DNA from: a virus
Taxonomy: Duplodnaviria > Heunggongvirae > Uroviricota > Caudoviricetes
Direction: 5' to 3' (one strand)
Length of the DNA stretch: 64,000 nt
Virus record (IMG/VR): IMGVR_UViG_3300046500_000231
Location: 10,070 to 74,069 of that record
Shown here: positions 8,797 to 17,361 of the stretch, one piece after another
How the letters are laid out: every line of letters starts with the position of its first letter
Position numbering within the stretch: the stretch's first letter is position 1
Made by a program: the position numbers and the translations under genes
The notes under the pieces: model-generated
Told to the model about the DNA's origin: nothing
The model's input: only the letters and a program-made list of their open reading frames with translations
Database searches by the model: none

Positions 8797-10368
8797 ATGG
8801 CAACTCGGAACATGGCTACGATCACCCTCGCCTACAACGCGACCACCGCAAAGCTCGTGGAGACCGACCGGGCGCTCAAATTGGAAGTGCAGAAGCTCGT
8901 CTCCTACAAGGTCTCGGGCGCCGAGAACACCCTGCCCTTCAAAACGGGCGGCTGGGACGGCCGCAGCTCCTTCTTCGACTTCCGCAAAGGCACCTTCCCC
9001 GCCGGCTTCGTGCATTTCGTGGCCGCAGGCCTGCGCCGAGCCGGGCACACCGTGCGCTTTGTCGCCAAAGAGGCGCCCGCACCGCTTGGGCCCCTCAACC
9101 CGAAGATCGACAGCTTCCCGGAAGACCCCCGCTACGACTACCAGATGGAGACGGTCAACCGGCTGGTGAAGCACCGCCAGATCATTGCCCAGTTGGCAAC
9201 CGGGGCCGGGAAGTCACGGGTTGCGCGTCTCGCCTTCGCCCGTATCCGCCGCCCGACGCTCTTTCTCACGACCCGCTCGATCCTCATGTATCAGATGAAA
9301 GACGCGTTCGAGGAGCTGGGAGTGAAGTGCTCGGTGCTGGGCGACGGACAGTTCGGAACGGTCACAGTCGGTGCCGACGGTGAAGAACGACACTCGGTGA
9401 AGATGATGAGCGTTGGCATGGTTCAGACGCTCGTAGCGCGTCTTGCCGAACCGTGCCCGGACGATGACGTCGAGAAACAAAACGAGCAAATCCGCATTCG
9501 CAACAAGACGATCGCGCTCCTGGAGAAATTCGAGTTCGTGATCGGTGAGGAGGCACACGAGGCGAGCGGCAATAGCTACTTTGAGATCCTCAAGCACTGC
9601 AAGAACGCGCACTACCGCCTGGCGCTCACCGCCACGCCCTTCATGAAGGACGATGAGGAATCGAACATGCGGCTCATGGCCGCGTTCGGCCCGATCGGCA
9701 TCAAGGTGAGCGAGAAGATGCTGATCGACCGCGGCATCTACGCCAAGCCGTTCTTCAAGTTCATCCAGCTCGAGCACAAGCCCGCCAAACTCTTTCGCGG
9801 CACGACCTGGCAGGCCGCCTACCGGATCGGCATCGTCGACAACGTGGAACGCAACGCCAAGATCGTGTTCGAGGCGCGTCGCGGGGCGGCGCTCAAGCAG
9901 CCGGTGATGATTCTTGTGCAGCAGACGCGGCACGGTGAGCTTTTGCGGGAGCAACTGGCGGCCAAAGGCGTGCGCGTGGAGTTCCTGCAGGGCGAGAACA
10001 ACGCAAAGGAGCGAAAAGCGGCGCTGGGGCGACTTCGGCAGCGCGAAACCGAGGTGCTGATCGGCACGACCATCATGGACGTCGGTGTGGACGTGCCGGC
10101 GATCGGGCTGGTGATTCTCGCCGGCGGTGGGAAGGCGCAAGTGGCGCTACGTCAGCGCATTGGCCGCGGTGCGCGCGAGAAGAAGAAAGGCCCGAACTGC
10201 TTTTTCGTGGTCGACTTCGACGATCCGTGGAATTCCCACACGAAAGAGCACGCTTTGGCGCGCCGTGCGATCGTGGAATCGACGCCGGGCTTTGTCGAAA
10301 ACATCCTCCCGCCGGGCAAGGACTTCGATTTCGTGGGCCTGGGCTTTGCGACTCGCAAGGCAGCGTGA
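8797..10368 (+). CDS. SF2 DEAD/DEAH-box family helicase
   Basis: Walker A ATGAGKS, DEAH-like GEEAHE, helicase C-terminal motifs (TAT, QRIGRGAR). Confidence 0.8.
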   Translation: MATRNMATITLAYNATTAKLVETDRALKLEVQKLVSYKVSGAENTLPFKTGGWDGRSSFFDFRKGTFPAGFVHFVAAGLRRAGHTVRFVAKEAPAPLGPLNPKIDSFPEDPRYDYQMETVNRLVKHRQIIAQLATGAGKSRVARLAFARIRRPTLFLTTRSILMYQMKDAFEELGVKCSVLGDGQFGTVTVGADGEERHSVKMMSVGMVQTLVARLAEPCPDDDVEKQNEQIRIRNKTIALLEKFEFVIGEEAHEASGNSYFEILKHCKNAHYRLALTATPFMKDDEESNMRLMAAFGPIGIKVSEKMLIDRGIYAKPFFKFIQLEHKPAKLFRGTTWQAAYRIGIVDNVERNAKIVFEARRGAALKQPVMILVQQTRHGELLREQLAAKGVRVEFLQGENNAKERKAALGRLRQRETEVLIGTTIMDVGVDVPAIGLVILAGGGKAQVALRQRIGRGAREKKKGPNCFFVVDFDDPWNSHTKEHALARRAIVESTPGFVENILPPGKDFDFVGLGFATRKAA

Positions 10369-10409
10369 ATCATGGTATTTTGACCGTCACTACTGACTAA
10401 GGAGCGCCC

Positions 10410-10595
10410 ATGAAGCACGCCCTGTTTCTGAACCTCATGATTCTCGCGCTCATTCTCGCCGTGGTGTGGGTGACTGGCCGCGGTGAGCCCCTGATTGCGC
10501 TCGTTTTGCTGCGCGATATGCCTTTCGGGTTGCTCATGCAGCAGCCGCCCGAGGAGGACGACGACCCCAAGATCGGCTTCACCGCCGAGGTCTGA
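10410..10595 (+). CDS. small membrane protein
   Basis: AAGGAG RBS. One TM segment, acidic tail. Confidence 0.5.
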   Translation: MKHALFLNLMILALILAVVWVTGRGEPLIALVLLRDMPFGLLMQQPPEEDDDPKIGFTAEV

Positions 10596-10596
10596 A

Positions 10597-10632
10597 AAGA
10601 GCCCCGCTAACCACGCGGGGCTTTTTCTTTGC
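10597..10632 (+). terminator. rho-independent terminator (plus strand)
   Basis: AGCCCCGC...GCGGGGCT stem followed by TTTTTCTTT. Confidence 0.7.
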
Positions 10633-10696
10633 ACGTCAGTTCTGATTGGGCGCTATAATCCGCGTGTATTTATTTTATTTCACGCAAGGAAAGAAC

Positions 10697-10972
10697 ATGA
10701 CAACCACCGCTGACACGAAGCGCTACACCCTCATCATCGGAGCCGAGCAGCAGCAAAAGCTCGCCGCAATGGCCAAAGATAATGGCATCAGCCAGGCCGA
10801 CGTGATCGAGGTGCTGGTCGAGCAGGCCGACGAGGCGAAGCTCAAGAAGGCCTTCGCCACCAAGAAGGAATCGAAGGTCGAGACGCGCGGGCGCAAGAAG
10901 GATCTCACCAAGATGATCGAGGCGCTCTCACCGGAAGAACGCGCCGCGCTGATGGCGAAGCTGCAGGGATGA
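10697..10972 (+). CDS. hypothetical protein
   Basis: 91 aa. Preceded by a TATAAT box (~10653) and AAGGA RBS. Confidence 0.5.
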   Translation: MTTTADTKRYTLIIGAEQQQKLAAMAKDNGISQADVIEVLVEQADEAKLKKAFATKKESKVETRGRKKDLTKMIEALSPEERAALMAKLQG

Positions 10973-11349
10973 CCCGGCTACTCGTCTGTGGTGGGCGAGA
11001 TTTCGAGGATCAGCAGTTCACCGATTGGGCGATGGATGCGATACACGCACGGCGCCCAATTTCATTGCTGATCGAAGGAGGCGCTCGAGGTGGCGATCGG
11101 TGCGCTCGGACGTGGGCTGAGAAGCGCGGCATTCCGGTGAGAACGTTCGAGGCGGACTGGAAGCACTACCGTCACCGCGCCGGCCCCATTCGAAATCAGC
11201 AGATGCTCGACGAGGGGCATCCCGAGCTCGTGGCGGCGCTCCCAGGCGGCAAGGGCACGACCGACATGGTGATGAAGGCTCGCGCAGCCGGGGTGCGCGT
11301 CATCACCCTCTGGAGCCATTACGAGCGTTACAGGTTGGCGTTCAGATAG
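10969..11349 (+). CDS. SLOG-fold DUF2493-like protein
   Basis: LLVCGGRDFED...LLIEGGARGGD signature. ATGA-coupled to the upstream gene. Confidence 0.6.
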   Translation: MTRLLVCGGRDFEDQQFTDWAMDAIHARRPISLLIEGGARGGDRCARTWAEKRGIPVRTFEADWKHYRHRAGPIRNQQMLDEGHPELVAALPGGKGTTDMVMKARAAGVRVITLWSHYERYRLAFR

Positions 11350-11789
11350 CCCCGGAACTTCGTCTGGGGCAGCATCACCTTCGTCGCACAGTCCGCATAC
11401 GCGGGCCCTGGCGTGCCGTCGCTCTGATACATGTTGCGGCACAGCGCATCCAGCGTAATCACCATCCCTCCTCCCGCTGTCGGCACCCGTCGCGCAAAGA
11501 AGCCCACCATCCCCGTGTTGGGCGGCGTGAAGGTGTCGATCGCCGCCGCATCCATCTCTCGCACGCGGGTGTCCGAGTTCGCCTCGACGTAGTTGCGCGT
11601 GAGCAGCCACGCCCGATCACAGGTGGTCGTGTCCGGGCAGGAGAAGGTTCCAGCGACGCGAGCCCGCGCCAGCACGTTTTCCAGGCGTTGCACGGCCTGA
11701 TCGTGTTCGGCTTGCTGCTCGGGCGTCATGGTGTTGCAGCCAGTGAGTGCGAGCGCAGCGAGCCCGATGGCGATGATGGTGTTGCGCAT
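11328..11789 (-). CDS. lipoprotein
   Basis: Signal peptide with LALTGC lipobox. Convergent with the plus-strand island. Confidence 0.6.
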   Translation of the reverse strand: MRNTIIAIGLAALALTGCNTMTPEQQAEHDQAVQRLENVLARARVAGTFSCPDTTTCDRAWLLTRNYVEANSDTRVREMDAAAIDTFTPPNTGMVGFFARRVPTAGGGMVITLDALCRNMYQSDGTPGPAYADCATKVMLPQTKFRGYLNANL

Positions 11790-11910
11790 GGTGTTGGGTC
11801 TCCCTCGAAATGATCGGAGGGATTATAGACAGCCCGGAAGGGCCGCCGAACGCGAAGTGTAAGGAAACGACACCCGTGCCTGCGAGCAGGTAGTCACTGG
11901 CTCCCTATAT

Positions 11911-11930
11911 TCAGTCATTATTGACTGTGT
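11911..11930. promoter_or_regulatory. motif variant (TCAGTCATTATTGACTGTGT)
   Basis: Upstream of the plus-strand HNH gene. Confidence 0.4.
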
Positions 11931-11942
11931 AGCGGGGATGCA

Positions 11943-12470
11943 ATGACGGAAGAATGGCGTAATGTCGTAGGTTTTGAAGGACTTTATCAGGTGTCGGACC
12001 TCGGACGCGTGAAGCGCCTCGATCACCATAGAGACGGTCGGCATCTGTGCGAGAAGATTTTGAAGGCCACGCCAACCGGCGATGGTCATCTGCAGGTCGG
12101 TCTGGGTGCGGACGGCGCCAAGGTGCGCAAATTCACAGTCCATTCTCTCGTGCTGCTCGCGTTCGTCGGACCTCGCCCCTTTGGGGCGCAGGGCCGGCAT
12201 CTGGACGACGACCCAGCAAATAATCGGCTGGACAACTTGGCATGGGGAACGCCCAAAGACAACGCGGCGGATCGGGGCAAGAATAATCCTGGATACCATC
12301 GCTCCCCATCGCGGCGTTTGGAGATTGCGGAGGCGATCAGTCTGCAGCCAGATATGAGCTACGCTGAAATGGCGGAGTTGGGAGAGCGATTCGGGGTGTG
12401 TGCGAAGACCGTCAGGCGGACTCGGGACGCGTGGCAAGCTGGAAAGATCAGCTTGGGCGCCAAAGTATAA
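11943..12470 (+). CDS. HNH homing endonuclease (NUMOD4 + HNH_3)
   Basis: WRNVVGFEGLYQVSDLGRVKRL NUMOD4. HSLVLLAFVGPRP...DDDPANNRLDNLAWGTPKDN HNH. Confidence 0.8.
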   Translation: MTEEWRNVVGFEGLYQVSDLGRVKRLDHHRDGRHLCEKILKATPTGDGHLQVGLGADGAKVRKFTVHSLVLLAFVGPRPFGAQGRHLDDDPANNRLDNLAWGTPKDNAADRGKNNPGYHRSPSRRLEIAEAISLQPDMSYAEMAELGERFGVCAKTVRRTRDAWQAGKISLGAKV

Positions 12471-12592
12471 GGAAGTGCTCGGCCGGGATACCGGGAAATA
12501 TAAGGAAGGGTCATTTTCCTCATGGGCCGAGGAAGGCAGGGCCTTCGACGCGCGCGAGAATCTCTAGGAGATTGACTTCTCGCGCGGTCCCT

Positions 12593-12778
12593 CTACTGCA
12601 CGCGTCGCACGTTCACGCTCGCGACTGCACGCAGCGTCGCGTTCGTTTCTGCACGCTTGCGAATCTCGTTCAAGCGTCGCGCATAGTTGCGTTCGGTGCT
12701 TTCGATCAGATACGCGACAGAACCGAAAGCGAGAATTGCAGAGACGATAGCGAAAAGAGAGAACGGTTCGAAGTGCAT
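12593..12778 (-). CDS. small membrane protein
   Basis: 61 aa, one TM segment. Confidence 0.35.
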   Translation of the reverse strand: MHFEPFSLFAIVSAILAFGSVAYLIESTERNYARRLNEIRKRAETNATLRAVASVNVRRVQ

Positions 12779-12787
12779 GTTTTATCT

Positions 12788-12805
12788 CAGTCAGTTTTGA
12801 CTGTT
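12788..12805. promoter_or_regulatory. conserved phage motif copy (CAGTCAGTTTTGACTGTT) abutting parS
   Basis: Exact core motif. Its 3' end overlaps the parS site. Confidence 0.6.
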
Positions 12806-12817
12806 TCACGTGAAACA
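12802..12817. promoter_or_regulatory. parS site (TGTTTCACGTGAAACA)
   Basis: 16/16 match to the canonical ParB-binding parS palindrome. Confidence 0.75.
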
Positions 12818-12873
12818 GTCATGCGGTTAGAAACGTGCGTGCTACAGAGAGAATACTAGCACGTATTTTAAAG

Positions 12874-12887
12874 CAACGTGCAAGTAT
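12874..12887. repeat. left arm of island-flanking inverted repeat (AACGTGCAAGTATT)
   Basis: Reverse complement found at 14592-14605. Confidence 0.5.
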
Positions 12888-13058
12888 TTTCGTTCACGTA
12901 AGCGTAGCACTTCTGTTCGAACGTGAAACCGTGACCGTGAACAATGCGAGTAACGATGATATACATGATTAGACTTGATTAGAGACGTTTTGAGCGATTC
13001 TCTCTCTGTGCGGTGCGTCTGAGAGTGCAGCGCGCACAGAGAGACGGTTAGAGACGGT

Positions 13059-13592
13059 TTAAGCGATGCAGTGTTTCAGATTGTCGCGTTCGTCATCGTA
13101 GAATTGACCGTCGAATTGCTGCATATGCAAGTCACGCAGCATTGCGAGCGTTTCACGCTGCACGCGTTCGTCATCGCTCAGAAGCAACGAAAGCAAGTCA
13201 AGCGAGATAGTCAGATTACCGTGTGTAGCAGAATCCGCAGTCTCAATGTTAGTCACGCGTGCATCGAACGTTGCTTCGTTGTCATCGTTGATACTGACAG
13301 TCGAAGCAATGTATTTAACGTTGATTGCGCTATCGTGCGCGCGTGCTTTCAGAGTGTCGATACATACGGACCGAAACACGCTTTCGCACGTCTGCGACGG
13401 ACTATCAGCGCTTTCGTATTCTGCAATCATGACAAGTGCAGAGCGACGCACCGCTTCTGACAACGACAAGTCAGAATGTCGATACAGTTCGCTTTGTTCG
13501 TTCTCGCTAAACGCGATGCACTCATACGAACCGCGTTCGTTCGTTTCGATAATGACGGTCAAATCGTCATCGGTGATTTTCGAGATTTGCAT
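13059..13592 (-). CDS. acidic hypothetical protein (low-GC island)
   Basis: 177 aa. Lower-GC codon usage than the surrounding genome. Confidence 0.45.
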   Translation of the reverse strand: MQISKITDDDLTVIIETNERGSYECIAFSENEQSELYRHSDLSLSEAVRRSALVMIAEYESADSPSQTCESVFRSVCIDTLKARAHDSAINVKYIASTVSINDDNEATFDARVTNIETADSATHGNLTISLDLLSLLLSDDERVQRETLAMLRDLHMQQFDGQFYDDERDNLKHCIA

Positions 13593-13622
13593 GATAAACC
13601 GTGTGTGAGTGTGATTAGTGAG

Positions 13623-13638
13623 TGTTTCACGTGAAACA
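13623..13638. promoter_or_regulatory. parS site (TGTTTCACGTGAAACA)
   Basis: Second perfect canonical parS, followed by a half motif TTGACTGTT. Confidence 0.75.
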
Positions 13639-13659
13639 CTCACTATTGACTGTTACGCG

Positions 13660-14469
13660 TTAGACTGCTTTAAACATCGCTTGCACCGCTTGTGCAGCTT
13701 TCGAGTCAGTGAGCGTCATCGAGTCATCTTTGCGCGACTTGATGACGTTGCAGACGTTCAGAAAGCGCATTGCTTGACGCGTGCTACTCGCTTGCGTGCT
13801 CGCGGTTGACGGTTCACACAGCTTGAACGAGCGCACCGCTTGACTTTGCATGTCTTCCGTGAATACGACTTTGTTAGACAACGAGATTTGAGAACCGCGG
13901 TTCGACAACGATTCGAGTTTGACGAGATTGCGCATAATCGCTTGCGTATAACCGTCGAAAACCGACGTCATACCGGTTGCGAGCGCAAACAGCGATTTGC
14001 GCACTTTCTGTGCAGCGTAAATCGCAATGTAGTCATACGAGTTTTTATCTGTCGTTGCATATGCACGTGCAAGCGCGTCAAAATCAACTTCAAGCGCGAT
14101 GCACTTCTCGATAGCGAGCATTGCATTCGTTCCGCTGAGCGCGCGCAATTCTGCGTGCATGTTCTTTGCAAAGTTCGCGTTCGGTGCATGTTCGATTCGA
14201 ACCGCGATAGCATCGCAAAGTTGCTTTTGCGCTTCTGCTGCTTGCTCGCGCAGCGTCTTTGCGCTTGCTTCTGCGTTTTCAAGCTCTTTCGCTGCTGCTT
14301 CGCGCGCTGCTGCTTCTGCTGCTTCTGCTTCTGCTTTGCGCGCTGCTGCTGCTTCTGCTTTCGCTGCGTCATTCTGAGCACGCGACGCTTTGCGACGCGC
14401 TTCTTTCTGCGCTGCTTTAGCTGCTGCGTTCAGTTCGTTTGCTGCGTTCGTGTTAGCTGCGTTCGTCAT
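13660..14469 (-). CDS. Ala/Glu-rich coiled-coil protein (KfrA-like?)
   Basis: N-terminal AEAAAARKAEAEAAEAAAREAAAKELE coiled-coil. Sits in the low-GC island next to the parS sites. Confidence 0.4.
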   Translation of the reverse strand: MTNAANTNAANELNAAAKAAQKEARRKASRAQNDAAKAEAAAARKAEAEAAEAAAREAAAKELENAEASAKTLREQAAEAQKQLCDAIAVRIEHAPNANFAKNMHAELRALSGTNAMLAIEKCIALEVDFDALARAYATTDKNSYDYIAIYAAQKVRKSLFALATGMTSVFDGYTQAIMRNLVKLESLSNRGSQISLSNKVVFTEDMQSQAVRSFKLCEPSTASTQASSTRQAMRFLNVCNVIKSRKDDSMTLTDSKAAQAVQAMFKAV

Positions 14470-14591
14470 TTTTCTTTCTCTCTAGTGTGTGTCTCGCTTG
14501 CACTGTGCAGCGAGTGATTGAATTATGCACGTCTTATTTCTCACGTGCAATGTTTTTCTACGTGCAGGTTTAGAGTGCATTCTCTAAAAAG

Positions 14592-14605
14592 AATACTTGC
14601 ACGTT
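14592..14605. repeat. right arm of island-flanking inverted repeat
   Basis: AATACTTGCACGTT is the reverse complement of 12874-12887. Confidence 0.5.
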
Positions 14606-15035
14606 CGAAATAACACGTGCTATAGTTCTCTCACTGCAACACGAAACGGAGAAAACGAAACGACACACACAAGAGCGAGAATCGACCGATGACTGAAACC
14701 GAGCGCGCAACGCGAGCGCAGCGGACCGAAAACGGAACGCATGCGACGCAGACGCGAAACACGGTGCGCACGCAGTGAGACTGCGCGACACGTGACGCTC
14801 GAACCGCGCGCGATGCGCGACGCACGCGCTTGTGCGGCGCTTTTACCGCGCAGGCGAAACCCCTAGGTCGATTCCCGCGCCCACGGGTCAAACTCCCTAT
14901 CAGTGTCGGCCGAGGCTCCCGTTTGGGTGGCGCCCAAGGGCATCGGCCTAGCGCAAAATCCACGGCCGCGCCTAAAACTCCCAATGAGTGTCGGCGGCGG
15001 CTCCCGTTTCCAGCAAGCCGCCGCGCCCTGCTCCC

Positions 15036-15230
15036 TCAATACAGCTCCATCATGCCCACGCGCCCATTGGTGCGGATCTGACGGCGCAGGTGAGCAATCT
15101 CCGCCTCTTCCTGCTGCTCCTCGAGCCAGTCGATGAGTTCGTGCGGCTTGGCGGCGCGGTGCTGGTGGTCCGCGGCTTCGATCGAGGCTTCAACGGCGAT
15201 GTGGGTGTGTGCGGCGGTCTTCATAGTCAT
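15036..15230 (-). CDS. small hypothetical protein
   Basis: MTMKTAAHTHIAVEAS... Confidence 0.4.
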   Translation of the reverse strand: MTMKTAAHTHIAVEASIEAADHQHRAAKPHELIDWLEEQQEEAEIAHLRRQIRTNGRVGMMELY

Positions 15231-15241
15231 TTTTGAGTGTT
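15224..15241. promoter_or_regulatory. motif copy inside a gene overlap (TAGTCATTTTTGAGTGTT)
   Basis: Overlaps the ATGACTATGAAG start context. Confidence 0.4.
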
Positions 15242-15363
15242 GGTGCGGTTGCGGGTAAGAAACAGGAGCAAATCGACGAACTTCATCCATGCGTAGGTCA
15301 CACCGGCGCCCAGGAGGGCGATCAGCAGGACCGCGACGATGAGCTGCGCGGTGTCTTGGGTCA
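15228..15363 (-). CDS. small TM protein (45 aa, below the ORF-track cutoff)
   Basis: MTQDTAQLIVAVLLIALLGAGVTYAWMKF... Stop overlaps the next ATG. Confidence 0.4.
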
Positions 15364-15367
15364 TGGG

Positions 15368-15670
15368 TCAGTCATCCAGCTCGAACGTGAGGCCGACGAT
15401 CGATTCCGGGTTCAGGATGCGATCTTCGCGGGTGTTCTCGTCGCTCAGCACAAGGTGCAGGACGTCGATCATGTCCTGCGAGAACGTTTCGATCACGCGC
15501 ACCGTGCCCTGACCGATGCAGTTCAGGTCGTCGGCAGACACGACGCGCACATAGAACAGCGGACCCTGCGTGAAGTGGACGACATACATGCGCTCTTGGG
15601 CGCTGTATTCCGCGATTTGGGCGTGAATGTAGCTCATGATGTTTCGCTTCGTTGTTGTGTGAGCAGTCAT
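15368..15670 (-). CDS. hypothetical protein
   Basis: 100-aa ORF. Confidence 0.45.
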   Translation of the reverse strand: MTAHTTTKRNIMSYIHAQIAEYSAQERMYVVHFTQGPLFYVRVVSADDLNCIGQGTVRVIETFSQDMIDVLHLVLSDENTREDRILNPESIVGLTFELDD

Positions 15671-15704
15671 TGTCTCGACTGCTCGCAGGACATGTGGTGG
15701 GCAG

Positions 15705-16031
15705 TTACAAGGCGATCGGATTCTTCTCGGGATCGAGGTGATCGTTCAGGTCGAAATACAGGGCGCGCAGGCAGGCATCGTTGCAGGCGGTGATATCGGC
15801 ATCGAAACAGGAGCGATGGATCTCGTAAACCGTGGAGTCGGCACCGTGCGTCTGCTGTTGCAGGGCGACGAATTCGAGCGTTTCCGGATCGCAGGTGATC
15901 AGAAAGAGGCTGAACGTCGAGTCGAGAAAGAGGTAGGCGGCGCGCTCAAACGGGGCGTCAGAGCGGTTGGCTTCGTAATACGCACGCAGATCAGCAATCG
16001 CAAGGGTGGTCGGTTTCTTCGTCGTTTTCAT
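15705..16031 (-). CDS. hypothetical protein
   Basis: Start at MKTTKKPTT. Confidence 0.45.
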   Translation of the reverse strand: MKTTKKPTTLAIADLRAYYEANRSDAPFERAAYLFLDSTFSLFLITCDPETLEFVALQQQTHGADSTVYEIHRSCFDADITACNDACLRALYFDLNDHLDPEKNPIAL

Positions 16032-16622
16032 CGCGTTTCTCGCGTTGTTTGAGAGTGATTGCATTGTGCAGCACATACTCAGGAATGACTGCGGCTATCG
16101 GCATGGGAGCGCGCACTCCGCCGGCCTAGGCCTTCTCCCTTGGGCACGCCCTGCTCCCTACCCCTACCGAGGCCTAGGCGCTCTCCCTCGGGCACACGCC
16201 TTGGGTATCGGCCTAAAGAGCCCAAGGACACTCCCGCTCAAATTTCCTATGGGTGTCGGGCGCCGCTCCCGTTTCCTGCTCCCGAGGGGTAAGCCCTAGG
16301 CGTGAGGAGTGGGTGCGGGTAAAACTTGGGATATGTGTCGGCGTCGGCTGCCGTTTCCTCGAGCTTCCCCACGCACGCGCACGGGGTTTGGTTTTGGGTT
16401 TTACTAGACACATCCGATGAGGAACCCTAGTGGAAGAATAAGCCCCCCTACCCCCCACAGACCTATAATCCCTGTGTGTGAGAGATAGAGAGCCCTATTC
16501 GTCCCCAAGGCACCCACATCGGAGCTATCCGCGTATGGCAACCCAACAGGTAAGAACAAGCCCCCAGAAAAGAAGCGACTCCCGACGCCAAACACTCGTC
16601 GGCAAACAATGTGAGGGAATCA

Positions 16623-16640
16623 TAGTCAGTGGTGACTGTT
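16623..16640. promoter_or_regulatory. motif copy (TAGTCAGTGGTGACTGTT)
   Basis: In the non-coding repeat region downstream of the GYGEVW cluster. Confidence 0.5.
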
Positions 16641-16764
16641 GCGTCAAGCGGCAGTTTGGGGTGGGTAGCGTGGGAAGTGTAAGAGTTGGGAGTTGCGGGA
16701 CATTTTTCGTCGCTCCATAGCTATCCCCACACCACACGCGCCCTTTCCTCTCTCCCCTACGGGC

Positions 16765-17073
16765 CTACCACACCTCCCCATACCCCTGAGCGTGATCCTT
16801 CTGCGCATCTTCATCAGCCAGCAGCCTCTTCCGTAGCGTCTTGAGTGGGCTCTCGAACTGGAGATCCCAGATATCCAGCTCCTTGAATCCCGCTCCCTGC
16901 AGTCCGACGATCGAGTCTCCTGCCTTGAGGGTGTTGCGGATCGTCTCGTATCTGTGGGCTAGGTCAGTTTCTTGGATCCAGCCGGTGCCAGTGTCTCCCG
17001 TGCTCTCGCTCTTTACGGTGACGGGGTATCGGCCGGCGCTGCTTTTCTCGCCTATGATCTTGAACTGCGCCAT
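16765..17073 (-). CDS. GYGEVW-tail family protein (paralogue 3)
   Basis: Ends ...AQGYGEVW. Confidence 0.5.
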   Translation of the reverse strand: MAQFKIIGEKSSAGRYPVTVKSESTGDTGTGWIQETDLAHRYETIRNTLKAGDSIVGLQGAGFKELDIWDLQFESPLKTLRKRLLADEDAQKDHAQGYGEVW

Positions 17074-17361
17074 CTACCAGACCTCCCCGTATCCCTGCAC
17101 CTGGTCCTTCCCGCTGTCGAGCTTCCCTGGTCTGCCCATCCCCACGAAGCTGGTTTTGATCCTCTCCAGCGGGTAGTCTGGAAAGGACGTGCCGAGCATC
17201 GCCTTGACCGGATTGTCGTAGCCTTCGAATCCGTATCGTATGGCTACGTCCTCGGTTAGCGCGTAGCCTTCCTTGACCAGTGCGCTGCCGTGTTCCCAGT
17301 AGATGACCCTGAGCCAGTCCTCGCTCACAGCGCCGTCGATCTTGATTGTTGCCATCACCAC
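17074..17361 (-). CDS. GYGEVW-tail family protein (paralogue 2)
   Basis: Ends ...VQGYGEVW. Confidence 0.5.
   Translation of the reverse strand: MVMATIKIDGAVSEDWLRVIYWEHGSALVKEGYALTEDVAIRYGFEGYDNPVKAMLGTSFPDYPLERIKTSFVGMGRPGKLDSGKDQVQGYGEVW

Noticed and set aside
14631-14984. 117-aa minus-strand Arg-rich ORF in the skewed non-coding region
   Set aside because: Sequence is low-complexity repeat DNA. Translation is Arg/Val/Cys-rich with no RBS, so it was treated as non-coding.
16080-16765. Protein-coding ORFs in the 16.1-16.7 kb repeat region (for example 16213-16458, 16525-16737 minus)
   Set aside because: Translations are Pro/Arg/Thr-rich low complexity across repeat units with no RBS. The region is better explained as non-coding repeats.
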